Below, piece after piece: positions 1-4,674 of a stretch of 6,410 nucleotides of DNA (its first letter is position 1; every line of letters starts with the position of its first letter). Location of the stretch: assembly GCA_054661495.1 (NCBI GenBank), contig BAAFSQ010000439.1:1-6410 (forward strand). The letters run 5' to 3'. The notes below the pieces were generated by a model. The model had not been told where the DNA came from and did not search any database. It saw only the letters and a list, made by a program, of their open reading frames with translations. The position numbers and the translations under genes were made by a program. Source of the stretch: Zygophlyctis sp. KS116 (lineage: Eukaryota > Fungi > Chytridiomycota).

Positions 1-97
1 CTAGCCTGGGAAACTACATACTAGAGGGGTTAATATTATACGGTTTTTATAGCCTTATAATTCATCAAACCACTCAAAACACTAGGAAACAAGATAA

Positions 98-1405
98 ATG
101 ATTTCAGAGGAGCTTAGAGGCAAAATTAATGATTGTATCAAGGAATATGAACCATGCGGTCCAGTGTTTAACCAGTTATTGGAGCTAATACAAGATCCAA
201 AACAGGAAATTGTAAAGGTTGAATTTGGACAAGTTTTAAAGGAAATTAATAATATTCAGGTTCTTTATCCTGCAAGAAAGAAAACTACTCTCATGGTTTA
301 CAAGGACTATATCTCTGTTGGGTTAGCATGGGTCAAAATTCAAGATTTAAAATCTGTTCTTGTTTTACCAAGTCCAAATAAAGCTAAACCACATTGGTCG
401 CTCGTAATGACTAGTGGGATAGGGCCTGAACTAGTTACAGAGACTATTGCATTGGGTTTGGATCTAAGCTCAAAAGAAGATGTGATTAATACGCTAACAT
501 CAATTTCAGCAATAAGAAAATTAGGGATTAATATGCCGTGTGAAACTGTTTTTGTATCTAGAGGGAATTCACGGAAATTAAGCTTTGTAGAAGCTTATTT
601 GAAGAATAAAGATGGGTAATTATCATGTACTTATCTTAGATTTTTGTATTTTTTATCTATTGGGATTTTTTTTGGGTTTAAAAAACCTTTATTGTTTTTT
701 TCAAATGAATCTATAGTTTCAATGCATGTAAATTGTGTAACTGGGAGAACATTTAATCTGAATTTAAATTTAAGGAATAATACAAGTTGGGAGTTTTCAA
801 TGATTGATCAAGCAGAATATGAAGGGATTTCTGGTTTTATGGAGAAATTTAATATTCAAGGAACAGAATTAAGTGGAGAAATTGCAAATAATAATACAGG
901 ATCTACTCTAGAGAATATGGAGTTTGAAGATGATGAGTCTGAAGATGAAGATTTTAAACTTTCGGGGAGTGATGATTCTAGTGTAAATGATGGTTCTGAT
1001 GAGGAGTCTGATCACGGGTCGGAAAGTGGGTCTGGCCAGGAAGAGTCTGAAGAAGAATCACTAAAGCTTTCACAAAAAGAGTCGCAGGACGAGTCTGAGA
1101 AGGAAGATGTAGAGTCTGAAAAGGAAGAGGTGAGATCAGAAAAATCTGTCGTGGAATCAAACGGCACGACTGAACAAGAAAATATTTCGCTTGCAGAGCC
1201 TGTTAGGAAAAGAGCTAGAAAGTCTACTCCTAAAAAGATTACTGGGATGATTGCTACTGCAGAAGCAGTTAAAAAACAATTGGAAAAGACCAGAGGAAAA
1301 ATGACTAGTTTGAAAAGATTAAAGAAGGAACCAGCCTCTAATTCGAAAACATTTGATAATGCTATTGTTCTTGTAGAATCTGATACTGATGAATTGGAGG
1401 ATTAA
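98..1405 (+). CDS. RTT106: Rtt106-like histone H3-H4 chaperone (tandem PH domains plus acidic and basic tail); 2 exons, 98-615 and 640-1405, 427 aa
   Basis: Removing intron 616-639 joins ORFs 98-619 and 644-1405 in frame: ...VEAYLKNKDG-FLYFLSIGIFFGFKKPLLFF...VTGRTFNL...EFSMIDQAEY. I recognise this as the Rtt106/SSRP1-type PH domain signature. The N-terminal part has P-RKK and LPSPNKAKPHW motifs typical of fungal Rtt106-like proteins, and a D/E/S-rich tract follows the domain. Family call is by motif recall, not a database search. Confidence 0.88.
616..639 (+). other. Spliceosomal intron, 24 nt, phase 2
   Basis: GTAATTATCATGTACTTATCTTAG. GTAA donor, TAG acceptor, contains the in-frame TAA at 617-619. 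Removal gives GG|A (Gly) and restores the conserved DGFLYFL motif. Confidence 0.93.
1091..1153 (+). repeat. Degenerate 21-nt x3 coding tandem repeat (ESEKEDV / ESEKEEV / RSEKSVV)
   Basis: gagtctgagaaggaagatgta / gagtctgaaaaggaagaggtg / agatcagaaaaatctgtcgtg in the acidic tail of gene 1. Confidence 0.7.
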
Positions 1406-1414
1406 GAAGTTTTT

Positions 1415-2146
1415 TTATTGATCTTTTAGAGTAACATAAAAACTTAAATTATGATAAAGTTCAATAAGAGATTCTCTTGTTTGATATTCCAGGTTTTGCA
1501 GTGATTTATTTCGTAGAAAAGCATTATTCCGTGATAATTCAGCAGAAAAATCCCTTCTTGCAAGACTATACCATGCATTTTTTGGTGGTCTAACTTGATT
1601 CCAAATCTCTTCCCATCTATCAATTATAATCAGTCTTTCCTTGATCTTTAATATTTCTAATTGTTTCTTTATATCTATTCCAGGATACAATCCCAACGTA
1701 TCAAATCCATCTTGTAATAGCGTACTCAAGTCAATTTTCGGACGGTTGAAACCGCTAAATGGCGATTCTCTACTTTTCAATTCAATTTCTTGTTGTATAT
1801 GAAGAGGAGGAAGTATATGATCATCCTGTGCTTTTCTAAAGAATGCATTAATCGTATCATATTCCAATCCTGTAGTATCTTTTCTTGAAAATTCAGCCAA
1901 CTAATTTTAAATCTTTAGACTTACTATTTTAAGCTGATGAGACAATTCTTCGACTCCTTGACAAAGATCTGATCCGTCAGATATACAACTTGTAGAATCA
2001 TCAAAACTTGAATTATCTTGTAAATCATTTGTTTCTTGTAATTCCTCTTGTTGATGACATGAATTTCCTACAACTAGTAATTGTGGTAATTGTGGCTCCT
2101 TCTTGATCCTTTGTACTGTTCTTGATTTTTGTGAATAAATCCTCAT
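1415..2146 (-). CDS. Hypothetical protein, 235 aa; 2 exons, 2146-1925 and 1900-1415
   Basis: ORFs 1907-2164 and 1415-1900 join in frame after removing intron 1901-1924 (...HQLKI|LAEFSRK...). The only in-frame ATG is at 2146 (MRIYSQK...). Disordered N-terminus and a Trp-rich helical C-terminus (RWEEIWNQVRPPKNAWYSL...FSAELSRNNAFL). No family recognised with confidence. Confidence 0.8.
1901..1924 (-). other. Spliceosomal intron, 24 nt, phase 0
   Basis: Minus strand reads GTAAGTCTAAAGATTTAAAATTAG. Canonical GTAAGT donor, TAG acceptor, contains an in-frame TAA. Removal fuses two same-frame ORFs. Confidence 0.9.
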
Positions 2147-2149
2147 TAG

Positions 2150-2159
2150 ATGACGTCTT
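2150..2159. promoter_or_regulatory. Candidate CRE/ATF-like bZIP site (ATGACGTCTT) in the 28-nt divergent spacer
   Basis: Near match to the ATGACGTCAT consensus with a palindromic GACGTC core, lying between two head-to-head ATGs in AT-rich DNA. Confidence 0.3.
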
Positions 2160-2174
2160 TGCACATTGTTTCTT

Positions 2175-3365
2175 ATGCCCAGACATTTTGAGAGCCATGA
2201 TCATACAGACTTGTTTGAGTATCTTCCATCCCTTCCAAAGCCACTTCCTCCGGTAGCAACTGGCAACAGCTCTACCATTACGGCTATTAATTCTAATTCT
2301 AAATCTAATGCTAATGTCAATAATACAAATGCATCGGACAGACAAATTGTAGAGTCGGACACCAAGATTCAAACCGATATCCAAAGATCAAAGCCCAATA
2401 GATCTAATACTGCATTAGAGTACAGACTAGTTGAATTTGAGAAATCTCAAAGAGAATCATTAGTTGAAATCAACAAGATTCACGGACATTTGAATGAATC
2501 ATTTAGATTTATGGAATATAATAATTATGGACTCAAGGATCAGATCTCTTATTTTAGAGAACTCTTGGGCTCTGTTCAAAGACATTTGAATTTTTTAGAT
2601 CAAAGAGGAATAGAAACAAGTGGAAACATTACTAGATTACATGATCAAACTAGACATGATTCTAATCAATTAAATTCTCTAAATTCTAGAATTGATTCTA
2701 ATTACAAGAATTTTGAAAATGTAAATTTAGAACTACTCTCTCTAAAAAAGGAAATTTCAGACTCTAAAGAGGAATTTTCTAAACAAATCCAACAATTATT
2801 AACAAAGATTTCAATTCTAGAGTCTGAAAAATCAATTTTATCAAGTTTTATTAGAGAAATAGACAATAGACTCTCAGGATCAGCTAAAATTGGTGATTCT
2901 AATCTTGTTAAAACCGCACAAGTACTATTAAACGTATCAAAGTTACAAGGTGATTATGATAAAAAAGAGATTTTGGATCTTAAACAGGAATATGATTATA
3001 AAATTAAGGATTTGCAAGAGACATTAGTAAAACAAACTGCGCTACAATCTGATCTAAAAGAGAGTTTAGAGATTTTTAAATCAAATTATGAAAGAGACTC
3101 ATTCAAGATTGATAATTTAGAGAAATTATTGACATCTCATATATCTAGTATACGACAAGATAGATGGTTGGAAAACTCTGAAATTTTAAAAACAGTGTCT
3201 ACTTTAAAAAACTCATTCACGTGTAAGAAAAAAGGGGATTTAGAAAGTTTTAGTTGTATTATAAAGTCTTTACAGGCTTTAAAATCACAATTTGAAGATG
3301 AAATTTATAATTTAAAAAAGGATCTAGAAGACTCAAAGACTCAAAATTTCAAGATCTGGAATTAG
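2175..3365 (+). CDS. Long coiled-coil protein, 396 aa (tentatively FAM81/CCDC154-like)
   Basis: Uninterrupted 1.2-kb ORF; first ATG at 2175 (the ORF track's 2166 start is TTG). Pro/Asn/Ser-rich N-terminus, then about 300 aa of heptad-like L/I/E/K/S sequence. The family suggestion is a weak recalled resemblance only. Confidence 0.85.
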   Translation: MPRHFESHDHTDLFEYLPSLPKPLPPVATGNSSTITAINSNSKSNANVNNTNASDRQIVESDTKIQTDIQRSKPNRSNTALEYRLVEFEKSQRESLVEINKIHGHLNESFRFMEYNNYGLKDQISYFRELLGSVQRHLNFLDQRGIETSGNITRLHDQTRHDSNQLNSLNSRIDSNYKNFENVNLELLSLKKEISDSKEEFSKQIQQLLTKISILESEKSILSSFIREIDNRLSGSAKIGDSNLVKTAQVLLNVSKLQGDYDKKEILDLKQEYDYKIKDLQETLVKQTALQSDLKESLEIFKSNYERDSFKIDNLEKLLTSHISSIRQDRWLENSEILKTVSTLKNSFTCKKKGDLESFSCIIKSLQALKSQFEDEIYNLKKDLEDSKTQNFKIWN

Positions 3366-3369
3366 GGTC

Positions 3370-4251
3370 ATGACTAGTGGAATGAATCTTGTCAAACCAA
3401 TTGTTCAAGCGTTTTTTGAAAAGAACTCTTGCACTTGGTCATATGTAGTCTCTGATTCTAAACGATCCGCTGCAATTATAGACTCTGTTTTGGATTTTGA
3501 TGTTGCAGCAGTTGTCACTGGGACTAAAAGTTGTCAGGAAATAGTAGATTATGTTCACAAGGAAAACCTAAACATTTTGTATCTCTTGGATACTCATTCT
3601 CATGCAGATCATTTAACTGGATCTCAGTATCTAAAATCTGTTTTTCCAAATGCTAAAAAAGGAATTTCTTCAAATGTCTTGAAAACTCAAAAATATTTTA
3701 AAAGCGTTTGGGATTTGAATTTTCCTGATGATGGATCTCAATTTGATTTACTTTTAAATGATAATGATTCTCTTCCTATGGGAGATTTAAGTATTAAAGT
3801 ACTTTATACTCCAGGTCATACTATTGATTCTTGTTCTTTTTTAATTGGTGATGCTATTTTTGTTGGTGATACAATTTTCAAGGAAGATTCTGGTACTGCA
3901 AGATGTGATTTCCCAAATGGAAATGCAGAATTACTTTATGAATCTATTCAGAAAATTTTAGCTTTAGATGCAAAAACCAGAGTTTTCTTGTGTCATGATT
4001 ATGGAGCAGGAGGTTCTAGAAATTATGTTTGCTCTACGACTGTTGAAGGACAATTAAAAGATAATATTCATGTGAAAACTGGAACAGAAAAGACTGAATA
4101 TGTTAAAATGCGTGATACTAGAGATTCAAAATTGGATTTGCCTAAATTGATTATTCCTTCTATTCAGTTTAATATTCAGGGAGGATTGAATCTTGAATAT
4201 TTGAAATTAGTGTTTAATAAGGCTGATAAATATTCAAGAAATTATCTCTAA
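3370..4251 (+). CDS. MBL-fold metallo-hydrolase, persulfide (sulfur) dioxygenase family, SdoA/Blh-like, ETHE1-related; 293 aa (alternative start ATG 3382)
   Basis: Motifs TWSYVV, AAIIDSVLDFD, LDTHSHADH (HxHxDH at 3595-3612), TPGHT, FVGDTIF, GTARCDFP, FLCHDY, NIHV, RD..L.LPKLIIPSIQFNI are all characteristic of persulfide dioxygenases. No intron is needed. Confidence 0.93.
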   Translation: MTSGMNLVKPIVQAFFEKNSCTWSYVVSDSKRSAAIIDSVLDFDVAAVVTGTKSCQEIVDYVHKENLNILYLLDTHSHADHLTGSQYLKSVFPNAKKGISSNVLKTQKYFKSVWDLNFPDDGSQFDLLLNDNDSLPMGDLSIKVLYTPGHTIDSCSFLIGDAIFVGDTIFKEDSGTARCDFPNGNAELLYESIQKILALDAKTRVFLCHDYGAGGSRNYVCSTTVEGQLKDNIHVKTGTEKTEYVKMRDTRDSKLDLPKLIIPSIQFNIQGGLNLEYLKLVFNKADKYSRNYL

Positions 4252-4272
4252 TTTTTAGTTTATTCTTTTTTA

Positions 4273-4284
4273 GTTGTTAGCAAC
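4273..4284. promoter_or_regulatory. Candidate RFX X-box (GTTGTTAGCAAC)
   Basis: Near-palindrome fitting GTNRYY-RGYAAC, in the 70-nt spacer, 37 nt upstream of the gene 5 ATG. Confidence 0.4.
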
Positions 4285-4321
4285 AGTAAACCACAAACAC
4301 TAATGTAAACCCTCGAAAGAA

Positions 4322-4645
4322 ATGAAAAGCTTAATTCAAATCACAAAACTCATACATCCAGATCTCTTTCATGCATGGCCAGAGTATCAAAAGATTAATC
4401 AAAATAGCTTATCTATACTCAATGGAATTTATAAACAAGGATCATCTATTCAATCAGATGTAGAGTTGACATTGATACTTAAAGCAGATCCTTTTAAAGT
4501 TTTAAAATTTTGTTTGTACAAGGATTCTTTACAAAGATCTCTCGAAAATCTCTTGGTCAAGCTGGAATTGAAAGAGCCGAGAATCAAGGTAAAGAGTCAA
4601 TTCTCTACAGAATATCACAAATATTTAAAGCGTCAGAGTGTTTAA
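4322..4645 (+). CDS. Small DUF4460 (TCAIM N-terminal, J-domain-like HPD) protein, 107 aa
   Basis: IHPDLFHAWPEYQKINQNSLSILN fits the DUF4460 pattern HPD(L/F)F..xP....N..SL..L. ATG is in an A-rich context after the largest spacer. The C-terminus is uncertain because of a possible 22-nt intron at 4589-4610. Confidence 0.75.
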   Translation: MKSLIQITKLIHPDLFHAWPEYQKINQNSLSILNGIYKQGSSIQSDVELTLILKADPFKVLKFCLYKDSLQRSLENLLVKLELKEPRIKVKSQFSTEYHKYLKRQSV

Positions 4646-4674
4646 TAATCTATTACTATTCTATCATAAGATAT

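Noticed and set aside
614-646. Stop-codon reassignment or readthrough (ciliate-type code) instead of introns
   Set aside because: Readthrough would insert 8 residues into the conserved DG-FLYFL motif. All three breaks have GTAA...TAG boundaries, and long AT-rich ORFs otherwise lack in-frame TAA/TAG.
978-1160. 60-aa minus-strand ORF
   Set aside because: Antisense shadow of the acidic tail of the Rtt106-like gene, with no recognisable features.
2078-2096. taattgtgg x2 direct repeat
   Set aside because: Only encodes PQLPQL in gene 2; too short to interpret.
2025-2384. 119-aa minus-strand ORF
   Set aside because: Overlaps gene 3 antisense and gene 2 out of frame; composition mirrors the Asn/Ser-rich sense strand.
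3223-3253. Possible intron starting GTAAGA in gene 3
   Set aside because: Each nearby AG acceptor (3243, 3247, 3253) leads to an immediate or near-immediate stop and truncates a plausible coiled-coil end; the unspliced frame is open.
3363-3372. Fusion of the coiled-coil gene with the dioxygenase
   Set aside because: The frames differ, there is no GT donor in the preceding 65 nt, and the dioxygenase is complete by itself.
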